NCBI GenBank assembly: GCA_013265495.1
Contig: MU058781.1
Span: forward strand, 8,165,009 to 8,229,008
DNA: 64,000 nucleotides
DNA from: Vicugna vicugna
Taxonomy: Eukaryota
Reading direction: 5' to 3'
Under the pieces are notes generated by a model. It was not told where the DNA came from and did not search any database. It saw only the letters and a list, made by a program, of their open reading frames with translations. Position numbers and translations under genes: made by a program. Below, in pieces: positions 38,640-51,199 of the stretch. Each line of letters begins with the position of its first letter. Position 1 is the first letter of the stretch.

Positions 38640-39430
38640 CATGGTAAATAGACACTTCACCAAAGAGGATATAAGAATAGCAAATAAGCACACCATAGGC
38701 CGTTAGGGAAATTCAAACTAAAACCATGATAAACTAGCACAACCTATTAAAATGACTGAAGTTTAAAATGCCAACAACACGAACTGCTGTTGAGGATGTG
38801 AAGCAACTGGAACTCTCAGGCATGATTGGAGGGAATGGAAAAAGGTATAGTCACTTTGAAAGACAGTTGGCAGTTTCTAATCGAGGCACACATACACCTG
38901 CCATGCAGCCCAACCATCCAACTCCTGAATGTTTGCCCCGCAGAACTGAAAACACGTTCACACAAAAGCATGAACGTAAATGTTTAGAGCATCCCTATCA
39001 CCACCGCCAAAAAATGAAAACGATCCAAATGTTCAGCAGATGAACAAATGAGCAAACCATGGACCATCCATGCCATGGAACAGGACTGAGTGAGAAAAAG
39101 GGGACAAACTATTGATACAACTTACATAAATCTCTAAGGCATCGTATTAGTGTAAGAAGTCAATCTCAAAAGATTACATACAGTATCCTGTTTATAAGAC
39201 ACTGTTGCAAAGTACAGCGATGGATAACAGATTAGTGATTGCCAGGTGCTGAGGGCGGGAGGGTGTGGCTACAAAGAGAATTTGGGGAGGTGGGGAAACT
39301 AATCTGTATCTAGACTGTGGTGATGACTACGTGATAGTCACGTGTATTAAAATTCATAGGATCATATACCCAAAAAGAATTAACTTTATGGTCTAATTTT
39401 TAAATAAAAATTTCAAATATTAAAAAAACA
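38640..39430 (+). mobile_element. Old L1M 3' end (sense), nested in an older antisense L1
   Basis: aaatagacacttcaccaaagaggatata...gaggatgtgaagcaactggaactctc...cactttgaaagacagttggcagtttct...aacagattagtgattgccagg. Confidence 0.8.
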
Positions 39431-39439
39431 TCGAATGAA

Positions 39440-39950
39440 AAATGCATTTATCATCTTTAACCTCTGCCTACTGCCACATCCTTGACCAGAGGAAACTATT
39501 ACTATTTTACCTTTCAGAAGAGTTTCTTTATACCTATACACCAAGTTTATGTTTCTTCCCTCTTTTAACACAAAAGGTGGCTTCTAATACATCCTGTTCT
39601 GAACCTCGCATTTTTCACTTGACAATTTATCTCAAAAATCTTTTCATATCAGTGTATAGAGAACATTTTCATTCTTTTTATAACAGTTAAATATTTCATT
39701 GTATGGATGTACTACAATTTACTTAATCCCTTAATGACAGACAGATTTGTTTCTAATCTTACTACTACAAACATTAATGCAATGAATAATTTTATATATA
39801 CACAGTTTCACATATGTGCAAATTTATCTGTAGAATAAGTCTCAAAAGTGCAATTGCTGGGTCAAAAGGGTAAATGCATCTGTAAATTGTAAGAAATGAC
39901 TAAATTGTCCTCCATAAAAGTGTATGAATTTACAGTCCCATGAGCAATGT
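39440..39950 (-). mobile_element. Old L1M 3' fragment
   Basis: tttttcacttgacaat...cattcttttataa...atatttcattgtatggatgtac...aattgctgggtcaaaaggg. Confidence 0.65.
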
Positions 39951-40069
39951 TTACAATCAGAGCAGCCATTTTTGAGAGCTAATAACTAAGAGAGAAAATG
40001 GAAAACTATGGAATAAATTGCATTACATTTGGAAAAGTATTTACTACAGAAACTAAATGCTAGGTAACC

Positions 40070-40640
40070 TTTCATTCAACAAATTTTGAGTATCGACTAT
40101 GTTCTTAGCAAATTGCTTTCTGTTGATGAGATGCAATCTAAAATGTAAGAAACTGTCCTTTCCCTCAAACAGTGTATAATGTAGGGGCCACAAGACACAC
40201 ATAGAAATCCGTTAACAATAAATGCAATATCTGATTTAGTGGCAGAATGAGTGACATAGACGATGGGTGATGGACAGGTTCAATATAGGATTGCACTGGT
40301 AAGGAGAGGCATCCCAAAAAAGATGGGACTTGCAAAGGACAGCAGCTAAGGAAGGAGGGGAAACAGAACAGCCTAAGCTAATGCAACACATCTCTATCAC
40401 TTACCTCCTCCAGGAAGCTCTCCCTGACTGCCAGGTCTTCCTGCTGTGCTCCTGAAGCAAAGTTTTTCCACCCCTTCTAATTTTCAATGATCTGTTTTCA
40501 TACCTAGAAGCTTCTCAAAGTCAGGGGCCAAGTCTTTTTCACCACTGCATCCTTTGGGGAACATTTCAGGTTACAAGTGTGTAACTAAGTAACACCTAGC
40601 TCCATAATGCCTGGCATGCAGTAGAAAGTTGGTCAGTGTT
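40070..40640. mobile_element. Two L2 fragments (antisense about 40070-40330, sense about 40390-40640)
   Basis: ttcattcaacaaattttgagta...ctatgt; acctcctccaggaagctctccctgac...tgcctggcatgcagtag. Confidence 0.5.
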
Positions 40641-41499
40641 CGTTTAGCTACAGTGTTGGATTCAGAAAGGAGGGAGAAATTTAAGAGCCTTTGTCACTGG
40701 TTACTAGAATCATGATGTTACTATTATTTTGTTATGCCGTTTAGTTATATCTAAAGTCTGGACTTAGCGATTTCCAAATATTCCATCAAAATGTTATATC
40801 AGTCAAGTAGCAAAGCGTGATTCACGCCTTTGCTCACCATTATTGCAACATCTTTTTCCTCCTCGATCCCTGCAAATGCAAAAATGTCAAGTGCGTCCAT
40901 AGACCACTGGACTAAAAAAATGCCCTGTGATATGAAAACGTGTTAATAATGATCGAAATGGTCCCTGTTTTTCCAAATACAAGGAGGGGCCTTGCCTTTT
41001 TCTTGTCATTCCTATGAAATCAGAGACCATTATTGCTGACTTTTTTACAAGGCACCTAGGTTAGGAACTCATAAAACCAGAGCATTCTAGAACCCCATGA
41101 AGCCTGGGAGCTTCCAAGTCAGCTTTCATTCCCCGCTCCCCAGCCTTCATTCTTAATACAGCTTCTGCCTTAAAGAGACTCATCCAGAGCTACTTAAAAC
41201 AGTGCAAATCTTACCTTTTCACTTAATTACAATCTTGCGAATGCTTTGGCGGTGTCAACATCCGGTTTTCTGGTTGTGGTGGTGGTTGTGTTACGAGCTT
41301 TGGCAGTGTCAGCCTTGGCAGCTGTGAGCCCCGGATTCACAATCCTGTGCTTTATTTGCCAAGTGTAGACACAACCCAAAAGCTAGAAGAGCTGGAGGGA
41401 GTGGGGGTGGGAGGGGTGGCAGGGGCTGGTCCCCCTGGCATTGTGTGCTTTGCAGAGAGGAAATGAGTTACCCACCAGGCCCGCCGTTTCCCCTCACCC

Positions 41500-42110
41500 T
41501 ATCTCCTCAATGCAGTTTTTCCAATAATTTAATAACATTCACAGGGATATTAGATTAATTGGATTTTAATTCCGAATGACTGTGAAAGCGGAGAAATGAG
41601 TCACCAGCTCATACTAATGAGAAGATCTATTAAAGGGCTCTTCTCTGATAGACACATACAGCAGGGTTATAAATATTTCATATCCAATTAATTGAATTTT
41701 GCCCCCTATATATGACACTGCCCTGAAACATCAATCAGACAGGACCAGAGAAAGAACAGGGACGGAAGAAGAACGAAGAGCTTCTTCGAAATAGGAGCTC
41801 GGTCCTCCGGCCTTTCCCTCCCTTCCAGCCACTGAAGCGCTCCCCACACTCAGGGAACCCCCGCCGTTTGCACAGGGCCTGTGGAGAGGAGCTGGAAGCA
41901 CTTACACTGACTGCAGCTGGTTCCATACGGCGGGGAAATTAATGTTAATTAATCAGACAGCAGCTTTATACAGGGCTGTGTGCAGAAGGTTATTCGAGCC
42001 CTGCTGCAAATAGATTTATAGGTGTAATTGCCATGTTGAATGACCCTCTGTAAATAGGCTCATTAAACTGGCCATCAGTCAGAAAGCCTAATTGAAGCCC
42101 AGGCAGTAGC
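41500..42110. promoter_or_regulatory. Candidate developmental enhancer / conserved non-coding element
   Basis: Very dense TAAT/ATTA cores, CAATTAATTG palindrome 41685, PBX-type ATCAATCA 41730, AATCAGACAG twice (41733, 41951), AP-1 TGAGTCA 41597; no repeat signature. Confidence 0.55.
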
Positions 42111-43080
42111 CTGCAATCCGGACCAGACGGCTCCCGATAAACAGAGCTCGCCCACGGCCAGCCGCGCTCTGGGCGCTTTAGATACGGCTGCTGGCTGTCC
42201 TTCGGGTGGCCCTGGCTTCTCCTGCCTCCTCCAGTTCATTATCTCGACAGGAAGGCAGAAGCATGCTTCCTGCCCCGCGTTACCCTCGTCCCCTCCGTTG
42301 GTCCCGGGAGAGCCCATGGAAGTCTGCTGTGGCAAGGACCCAGTGGAAAGCCTGCGCCTGGCAGAATAGGATCTTCTGCGAGGCATGAATGATCACCACC
42401 TTGTGCTCTGTTAACTTGCTGGTGTGGTCATGGTCGGGCAGGGACGGGCCCCATCCCTGGGCATCCCCGCAGCCCTGTACCTGCTCCTTGTCAAACTCCT
42501 AGTCTCTTCTTTTTTTCTTCCCATACTCTTCACATGTGAAAAAGAAGTACAAATTATTTTTCTCTGTAATATGGCAAAAACAGTTGGGAGTCTGGAAGCT
42601 TTTGAGGGTGAACTGTGTGTGTTTAAATCCTCCTTGTTGGTGTTCAATCATAGCATTTATTATGAAAGTAAAAATAAACAATCTGAATGTCCAACAACGG
42701 GAGTCTGGGTATTTAAATGGATACTTTTAGACAATGAAATACTAAGCAAATATTAAATGTGACTTTTAGGGAGCTCCATATTTATTAATCCAGAAAGCTG
42801 ACTATGATGTATGTTTGTATGGGACAAACAGGTTACAGAACAGATACAGTGTGATACCACATAGTAGATCTTTATCTGTGGCTGAATATGCAGAGAAAAT
42901 GTCATTTTTTCCCTTCATCCTTCATCTATTCGTAATCTCCCATTTAGTAGTTAGTGGGATGAAAGGGGAAAAAAAATCACTGAATTTCCAATCTTAGTTA
43001 AATTTAGTTTGTTCTGACTATGTAAACAGCCCCTTCACCTTATACTCTCCTAGGAAAACTTCCATTTCTGGATGGTTCCC

Positions 43081-43540
43081 CATGATAGTTAATTTTATGT
43101 ATAAACTTGATTGAGCCACTGGGGCCCAGATACTTAGTCAAACCTTATTGTGGGTGTGTCTGTGAGGTGTTCCTGAATGAGACTGACATGTGGATCAGTA
43201 GACTGAGCACAGCAGATTGCCCTCCCCAGTGTGGGTGGGCCTCATCCAATCCGATGAAGGCCTGACTAGAATAAATAGGCTGAATTAGGGAAAATGCACT
43301 CTCTGCTATCTTCCAACAGAGCATCAGTTTCCCGTCTTCAGACTCAGACTAGAATGACACCATTGGCTCTCCTGGGCCCTCAGCTTGCTGACTACAGATC
43401 TGGGGGCTTCTCCGCCTCCACCATTGTGAGAGCAAACTCAGTGGATGGATGGATGGATGGATGGATGGGTGGGTGGATGGTTGGATATACATAAAGATAT
43501 CTTCCATTGGTTCCACTTCTCAGGAGAATCCTAACTGATA
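43081..43540 (+). mobile_element. MLT2 (ERVL) solo LTR with internal (TGGA)n at about 43442-43485
   Basis: tgatagttaattttatgtataaacttga...gtgtctgtgaggtgtt...cagattgccctccccagtgtgggtgggcctcatccaatc...cattggttccacttctcaggagaatcctaact. Confidence 0.88.
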
Positions 43541-43907
43541 AATTTCATTTGCCCACTTCTCTTTCCAGGTAGTAGCCAGATGTGTGATCTGAGGGCTATG
43601 TATTGTGGTGCAGGGAAAATCAGGTCTTTGAAGGTCTGTTGAGTCTGGGCCACTATCAAGCTTTCCCTCCTAGATCCTAAATCAACTTCAGTAGCTACTG
43701 GTCTCTTTCTCAGCTTTCCCAGAACCAGAACTCCTTCCTGACCGACTTGGGTTTACCTGGATTTCACAGCCTCACACTGCAGATCTCTGCAAGGTCTCCA
43801 TCCCGTCTACAGCCCCAGGGGCCCACCCCAGCCTCTGCAGCGGAGTCATTCGACCCTTCCCGGGAAAACTCCCAAAGCAGGCCCACTGGACCTCCATCTA
43901 GTAATGT

Positions 43908-46128
43908 CAGTGCAATTGTAAATAGAATTGTTTTCTCAGTTTCTCTTTCTGATAGTTCTTTACTAGTATATAGAAATGCAACTGATTTTCGTATATTGAT
44001 ACTGTATCCTGTGACTTTACTGAATTCATTGATTAGTTCTAACATTTTTTTGGTGAAGTTTTTTGGGTTTTCTATATATAATATGTCATCTGAAAATAGA
44101 GACAGTTTTACTTCTCTCCTTCCAATTCTGATGACTTTTTTTTCTTGCCTAATTGGTCTGGTTAGGAGTACCAATACTATGTTGAATGAAAGTGGCGAGA
44201 GTGGGCATTCTTGTCTTTTTTCTATTGAAATATAATTGGCATACAGTGTTCTATTTAAGGTGTGCAGCATAGTAACTTAACATTTATATGTATTATGAGA
44301 TGATCACTATGACAAATCTAGTTACCATCTCATCATTAAAGTTATTGATATTATTAACATATTTCCTGTTCTATTTATTACTCCCCATGACTTACTTATT
44401 TTGTAACTGGAAGTTTGTGACTCAGTCTCTTTCACTTATTTTGCTTATTCCCCCAACTCCCTCCTCTCTGGCAACCACCATTTTCTCTGTACCTATGATT
44501 CTGTGTCTAGTTTGTTCTCTTTGTTTTGTTTTTTAGATTTCACATATAAGTGAAATCATATAGTATTTGTCTTTGTCTGACTTACTTCACTTGGCATAGT
44601 ACCCTCTAGATCCATCTACGTTGTCACAAATGGCAAGCTTTTTTTTTTTTGGCTAAGTAACATTGCATTGTATGTATATGTACCACATCTTCTTTATTCA
44701 TTTGTCTGTAGATGGACAAATCATTGCTATTGCAAATAATGCTGCGATGAACATAGGCGTGCATGCATCTTTTCAAATTAGTGGTTTTATTTTCCTTGAG
44801 TAAATACCCAGAAGTGAAATTGCCAGATGATAATGGTAGTTCTATTTTTAATTTTTTGAGGAATTGTCATATCCTTTTCCATAGTGGCTGCACCAATTTA
44901 CATTCCCACCAACAGTGTACAAGGGTTCCTTTTTCTCCACATCCTTGCCAGCATTTGTTATATTTTGTCTTTTTCAGAAGAGTCATTTTGACAGCTGTGA
45001 GGTAATACCTCGTTGTGGTTTTGACTTGCATTCGCCTGATGATCATGGTGTATGACCCTTTTAATGTATGGTTGAATTCACTTTGCTAATATTTGGCTGA
45101 GGGATTTTCATCTATGTTCATCAAGAATACTGGCTAGTACTTTTTTTTCTTTTTGTAGTAACTTTGTCTGGCTTTGGTATCAGAGTAGGGTTGGTTTCAT
45201 AGAATGAGTTCAAAAGTGTACTGTCCTCTTCAATTTTTTAGAATAGTTTGAGAATTTTTGGAGATTGAGGTAATAACTTATCTTTAAATATTTGGTCGAA
45301 TTCATGTGTAAAGCTGTCTTGTCCTGGACTTTTGTTTATTGAGAGTTTTTTTCTTTGATTGCTGATTCAATTTTATTAGTAGTAATTGGTTTATTCTGAT
45401 TTCCTATTTCTTACTGATTTAGTCTTAGAAGATCGTATGTTTCTAAAGATTTATCCATTTCTTCTAGGTTTTCCCAATTTGTTGGCATATAATTGCTCAT
45501 AGCAGTCTCTTAGGACCCTTGGTATTCCTGTGGTGTAGGCTGTAACTGTTCCTCTTTCATTTCTGATTTTATTTATTTGGGCCCTTTCTCTTCTCTTCTT
45601 GATGAGTCCAACTAAAGTTTTGTCAATTTTTTCTTTTCAAAGAATGAACTATTTCACTGATTATTTTTTTTTTGGTCTCTATTTCATTTATTTCCATTCT
45701 GATCTTTATTTCCTTCCTTCTGCCAAGTTTGGGTATTGTTTGTTCTTTTTCTAGTTCCTTATGTGTAAAGCTTAAGTGTGTATTTGAGATTTTTCTTTCT
45801 TGAGGTAGGCCTATATTGCTGTAAACGTCCCTCTGAGAAGAGCTTTTGCTACATCCCATAGATTTTGGAAGGTTGTCTTTCCATTTTCACTTGTCTCAAG
45901 GTATTTTTTGATTTCCTCTTTGATTTATTTATTGACCCATTGGTTGTTTAGTAGCATGCTGTGTAGTCTCCATGTCTTTTTCCCCAGTTTTCTTCTTGTA
46001 ACTGATTTCTAGTTTCATACCATTGTGATTGAAAAAGGTGCTTAATATGACCTCACTGTTCTTTAATTTATTGAGACTTGTTTTGTGATCTAACGTGATC
46101 TATTCTAAAGAATGTTTCATGTATGCTT
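43908..46128 (-). mobile_element. L1 ORF2 remnant (RT region and upstream), split by a nested L1 and cut by an ERV
   Basis: ORF track: RQECPLSPLSFNIVL...VKLSLFSDDILYIENPK...INEFSKVTGYSINIRKS; upstream KELEKEQTIPKLGRRKEIKIRMEINEIE. Confidence 0.9.
44222..45040 (-). mobile_element. Second L1 3' end nested in the L1 ORF2 remnant
   Basis: New T-rich tail ttttttctattgaaatataattggcatacag...; 3' UTR and ORF2 C-terminal text to gacttgcattcgcctgat. Confidence 0.8.
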
Positions 46129-46643
46129 TGTGGGGGAGAGATTTTTTTTTCTATCCTTCTAGGTTGTTTTGGCTGGTCTGATAATCAAATTGCCATAAGA
46201 CAGATTAACAGGAGAAAAACAAACATTTAATTTTATACATATGGAGGCCCTATAGATATGGGACCAAAGAAGTGACTGAAGCAGGATTTTATATAATTTT
46301 TTAGACAAAGAATCAATCATTTGTAAAAGTTTGACAAAACAAAGAGGTTATTATTGCTTGGGGTGTCAAATTAATGAAGAAATGACAAAGTTTGTTTATA
46401 CATCTTTCTTGGCTTCAAATTCCCTATCTCTGGGGATAAAGATGCCCTCCATCCTCCTGGCATAGGGAAGAGACCTTCCCAAGGGACTTTGTGTCCCATT
46501 TTCAGGGGAGCAAAGGAGGATCAGAGTGTTGTTTTTGTACTGGCTGTTTCTCAGGTAATTTTAATTCAAAATGATCAAAATAATTAATTCAAAATAATCT
46601 CGCTTTGGCATATTTGGGGGCAACCCTACCTTGAGCCCCATCA
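46129..46643 (-). mobile_element. ERV1 LTR (MER34/MER4-group-like), 3' LTR
   Basis: Minus strand begins TGATGGGGCTCAAGGTAGGGTTGCCCCCAAATATGCCAAAGCGAGATTATTTTGAAT and ends ...CCCCCACA (TG...CA termini); preceded by the purine-rich tract CAGATGAGGGAAC. Confidence 0.7.
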
Positions 46644-48920
46644 GTTCCCTCATCTGATACTTCCTGGAAGTTTCCCATGTTAAAAGCTGAGATGGTAGAT
46701 TGCTCCATTATTTCATTGAATTTATCTCTTAGTCTTAAAAATAGGTCAGTTAAAAAGGTATGTCTCATTTTAGGAGGTAGTGAAATAGCTGGGCTCCCAA
46801 AGTTAGCCCTATATTGTGCAAGAAATGTCATATTTAATAAGTCATTTCTGTGGAAACAAACAAGCAACCAAAAAACAGTGTTCAATGATTATAGGAAATT
46901 ATAAACCAGTTTCTGAGTTCTGGAGGGTGGACAGTAGAGCAGATTTACGGATAGCAGGCTTGAAGCAGTCCTCAGACTGAGTGAGGACAGGCAGTGACGA
47001 TTGAATAGATTTTCCTGGTTTGCAGTTTGAAAGTTCAAGTGGTCTTCTGAGTAGCCCACACAGCAACAGGCATGAAGACTGTCTGTGCATAAGTTGTGGT
47101 GACGGCTTATCTGAAGTTTATATTAAGTTGTCCAACTTTAGTTTGCATGGCTTTAGAAAAAGGAGCAGTTTTAGTTTTTAGTGATTTCAAATCAGAAGGC
47201 TGGGAGGAAAGCTGGAAATGTTTATAGCCAAGCTGGAGAGCTGTAGCCACATTTTGAGGAAACTGGAAGAATTCAGGATGTAGTCCAGTTTACAGATAGA
47301 AAACAAAATTTCAAAGACAATTAATAGAACTAGAATCTAATATCCATGAAGGTATATTACTGAAACATCTCTCTCTCTACAATCACCCCCATTTCTATCA
47401 ATGATAACCAGAGGAAGACTAATCTGTTTGCAAATTAAGTCCAGTTTTATTCAACTTAGCTTGATTACATAAATTCAGTAAGAATAGCAATGGATGGTAT
47501 AGAATATTTTAATTTGCTTTGCTAGAACTTTCCATATAAGGAATGCAGATTGAACTTTTAAAGGCTTCTTGAAGCTAAAAGGTCATATCAGACTTTCCTT
47601 GCGATACCTATCGGTATGGATGAGTTCATTTCTTCTCAAGGTCTCTCCAACATCCCAATGTTCTTGTACCTGCCAGGAAGTGACCATCCTTACAGAGTAA
47701 TAAGTCCGTTACAAACTCTGTAAGCAAGATACCAGGCTGTTTCTCCAAGGGGCTTTTTTGGCTCCATAAAGTGAATCTCGGTTCCCTAAAGCTGGTCTGG
47801 TCATATCAAGTCCATGTATATTCTTCTCAAGGATGACACTTCAGTCAAAGCCTTGGTAACATGACCAGTGTTTCCCATTGTGTCCTGTTACTAGGAGAAC
47901 AGACTCTTACTGAACTTATGCAAACAACTGTATTGCCATGAAATTAAGAATATTCACTGAGAGTTTCTGAATTCTGGAGGGATCAGGCAAAGAGAAAAAA
48001 TAAATGCTTTATCTTTAAAGTTACATTTTATCAAACTGCTATAAGTTGTAGCTTAAGAGCGAGAGTCTTCTTAAATCTGGAAAATCAAAATATTTTTAAA
48101 AATCAGCAATATTCCAAATAAAAGTCATAAAAAATTCTGACCATTCTTCTCAGTTCATTTAGTCCCATGTAATTAATACTTGTTAATCTTGATCTTTTGT
48201 TAGAAGTTTTATGAAGCTATCTGTTTCTACAGTAGAGTTCTGTAAATTCTTATTTAGTTCAATGGTATGATCTGAAAAGTTATCAGAAACCAATATTCTA
48301 GAGTACTTGTCAGAATCTTCCATGAATCTCTCTGAAGATAAAGCACTTTTGTAAGAATATTTTCATAAAATTATTAGAGTCAAACAATAACTGTAAAAGA
48401 CAAAAGACTTAAAAATGGCCATAGCTAAAAATCTAATAAGAATTGGAATTAACAGGGAAATTTGCTTATTTCTGGGACACGTAACACTTCAGGATAATAA
48501 CTAGAATTATGAGTGATAACATATCAGGACATATCAGAGTTCTAGGAATTTCACACAATTTCTGGAATACTTACATTAATAACATCCTTACAAATATAAT
48601 CTACAAAATGTTTACCATTGCTTACTTGACAATGCTTCTCATGTAATTTAACGTAGCAAATATGCCTAATTAATATAACCTCTCTTTTTATAAGGAGATA
48701 GAACAAATCTTTTGGAATGTTCCAGGGACCCTCTGAAAAATTCCAAAGTTAGTTTGAGGTCAAAAAAAACTTCATTTGGCCAGGGTGGTGGGGGTAGTTT
48801 GTCAAAAATATCAAAAAGGTTAAAAAGATTTGGTCAAATAGGATCATAGGTCACTGTGAAACAGTGACTAACAAAATACTTAGTTACCTAGTTAACCAAA
48901 GTAGCAATTAAAGACTTCAC
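46644..48920 (-). mobile_element. ERV1 internal sequence (MER4-group-int-like, non-coding)
   Basis: Contiguous with the LTR via a PPT-like tract; AT-rich phrases typical of MER4-group internals (ccaagggg...ggctccataaagt...ctaaagctggtctggtcatatc); no gag/pol/env ORF. Confidence 0.65.
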
Positions 48921-49628
48921 AGGGGTGGGCAAAGGGCAGTGGCAGCTCTGGTCTCATACAGAGTGAGGTGCTGTGTGTGTGGCTGCCAATCCCTGAGAAC
49001 AAGCGCAGCAGAAACCAGGGCCCCTAGAGGCAAATCTCCCCTTAGCAACCGCTCCCGCCTCTGGGAGTGGATGCAGAAGGGGGCGCTCTAGGCTGCTTAG
49101 TCAGCCGGGATCAGTGTCCGTGGTGATTATGGGAAACCTCTGCAGACAAGGCTGCAAGTATCCACCTTGGTGGGGCTCAGTAAGTTTTTTGTGACAAGAC
49201 ACTTTGAGACTATGTAAATGTCTTGTTTCTCATAAAAATTTTACCTGTGAGTTTGAGCATTAGGTGATCTGCTCTACTTTGAACCTTGTAATAACTTCTC
49301 ACACCTTTAAGATAGACACTGAAATCCTTAATTTGACCAAAATCTCTAAATGGTTGGGTTCTTACTTATATTAGCAGCCTCATCATCTTAAGCTACTCTT
49401 CCCTTGGCTCCCAGCTCTAGTCACCAGCTGCCTTCAGTTCCATACTGACCCACCATACGTCTTCCCTAGCTGAGATTCTCACACAGGCGATTTCTTCTGC
49501 CTGGAATATGTGCAGCCCAGTTTCCCCTTTGTTTAGTTAATTCTGACTCACCCCAAAGGTTCCTTCCTCAAGGAAGCATCCCTGTTTCCTCACACCAAGT
49601 TAAATCCTGTATTACGTTTTCATAATTG

Positions 49629-51199
49629 TATGTTTAAGTCTTTAAGCCATTTTGAGTTGATTTTTGTGTATGGTGTAAGGGAATGTTCTAACTTCACTGA
49701 TTTACATGCAGCTGTCCAGTTTTCCCAACATCGTTTGCTAAAGAGACTGTCTTTCTCCATTGTATGCTCTTGCCTCCTTTGTCAAAGATAAATTGACCAA
49801 AAGTTTGTGCGTTTATTTCTGGGCTCTCTATTCTGTTCCCTTGGTCCATATGTCTGTTTTTGTACCAATATCATACTGTTTTGATTACTGTAGCTCTTGT
49901 AGTATTGCCTGAAGTCTGGGAGGGTTAGTCCCCCAACTTCATTCTTTTTCTTCAGTAATGCTTTGGCGATTCTGGGTCTTTTGTGATCCCACATGAATTT
50001 TGGGATTATTTGATCTAGTTCTGTGAAAAATGTCTTGGGTAATTTGACAGAGATCACATTACATCTATAGATTGCTTTGGGTAGTATGGCCATTTTAACA
50101 ATATTAATTCTTCTAATTCAAGAACATGGGATATCTTTCCATTTCTTTAAGTCATCTTTAATTTGCTTAGTCAGTGTTTTGTAGTTCTCGGGGTCTAAGT
50201 CTTTCACTTCCTTGATCAGATTTATTCTTAAGTATTTCATTTTTTTGGATGCAGTTTTAAAAGGGATTGCTTCTTTCCTTTTCTGATATTTCATTGTTAG
50301 TGTAAAGAAATGCCACTGATTTCTGTATGTTAATGTTGTATCCTACTATCTTGATGAATTCTTTTATTAGCTCTAGTAATTTTTGTGTGGAGCCTTTAGG
50401 GTTTCCTATATATAGTATCATGTCATCGGCATATAATGACAATTTTACCTCTTCTCTTCCAATTTGTATCCCTTTTCTTTCTTTTTCTTGCCTGATTTCT
50501 GTGGCAAGGACTTCCCGTACTATACTGAATAGAAGTGGTGAGAGTGGGCAGACTTGTTCCAGATTTTAGTGGGAAGGCTTTCAGTTTTTCACTGTTGAGA
50601 ATTATGCTGGCTGTGGGTTTGTCATAAATAGATTTTATTATGTTCAGATACTTTCCCTCTATACCCACTTCGGTAAGAGTTGTTATCATAAATGGGTGTT
50701 GAATTTTATCAAATGTTTTTTCTGCATCTATTGAGATGATCATGTGGTTTTTGTCCTTTCTTTTGTTGATGTGGTGTATCACACTGATTGATTTGCATAT
50801 GTGGAACTATCCTTGTGTCCCTGGGATGAACCCAACTTGATCATGGTGTATAATCTTTTTTGTGTTGTTGGATTCTGTTTGCTAATATTTTGTTGAGGAT
50901 TTTTACATCTATGTTCATCAACAATATTGGCCTACACTTTTCTTTTTTGGTAGTGTCTTTGGCTTTGGTATCAGGGTGATGGTGGCTTCATAGAATGAGT
51001 TTGAGCGTATTCACTCCTCTTCAATCTTTTGGAAGAGCTTGAGAAAGATCAGTATGAGCTCTCCTTTGTATGTTTGATTGAGTTCCCCAGTGAAGCCATC
51101 TGGTCCTGAACTTTTGTTTGCAGGGAGGTTTTTTTATTGCTGATTCTATTTCACTGCAAGTGATTGGCCTGTTCAAGTGATCTATTTCTTCTTGATTCA
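49629..51199 (-). mobile_element. Relatively young L1 ORF2 internal fragment (reverse transcriptase), frameshifted
   Basis: [42 protein letters not shown] (YADD at 50422-50433), [10 protein letters not shown]...FFTEL...RPRIAKA. Confidence 0.93.

Noticed and set aside
43747..44270. Long overlapping ORFs of 162 and 168 aa
   Set aside because: L1 ORF2 remnant and its antisense frame running into flanking DNA
46644..48920. Domesticated env or other ERV gene
   Set aside because: No substantial open frame; only short random ORFs
49782..50782. Functional reverse transcriptase gene or retron-like system
   Set aside because: Peptides are plainly LINE-1 ORF2, split across frames by frameshifts and stops, with no ORF1 or promoter
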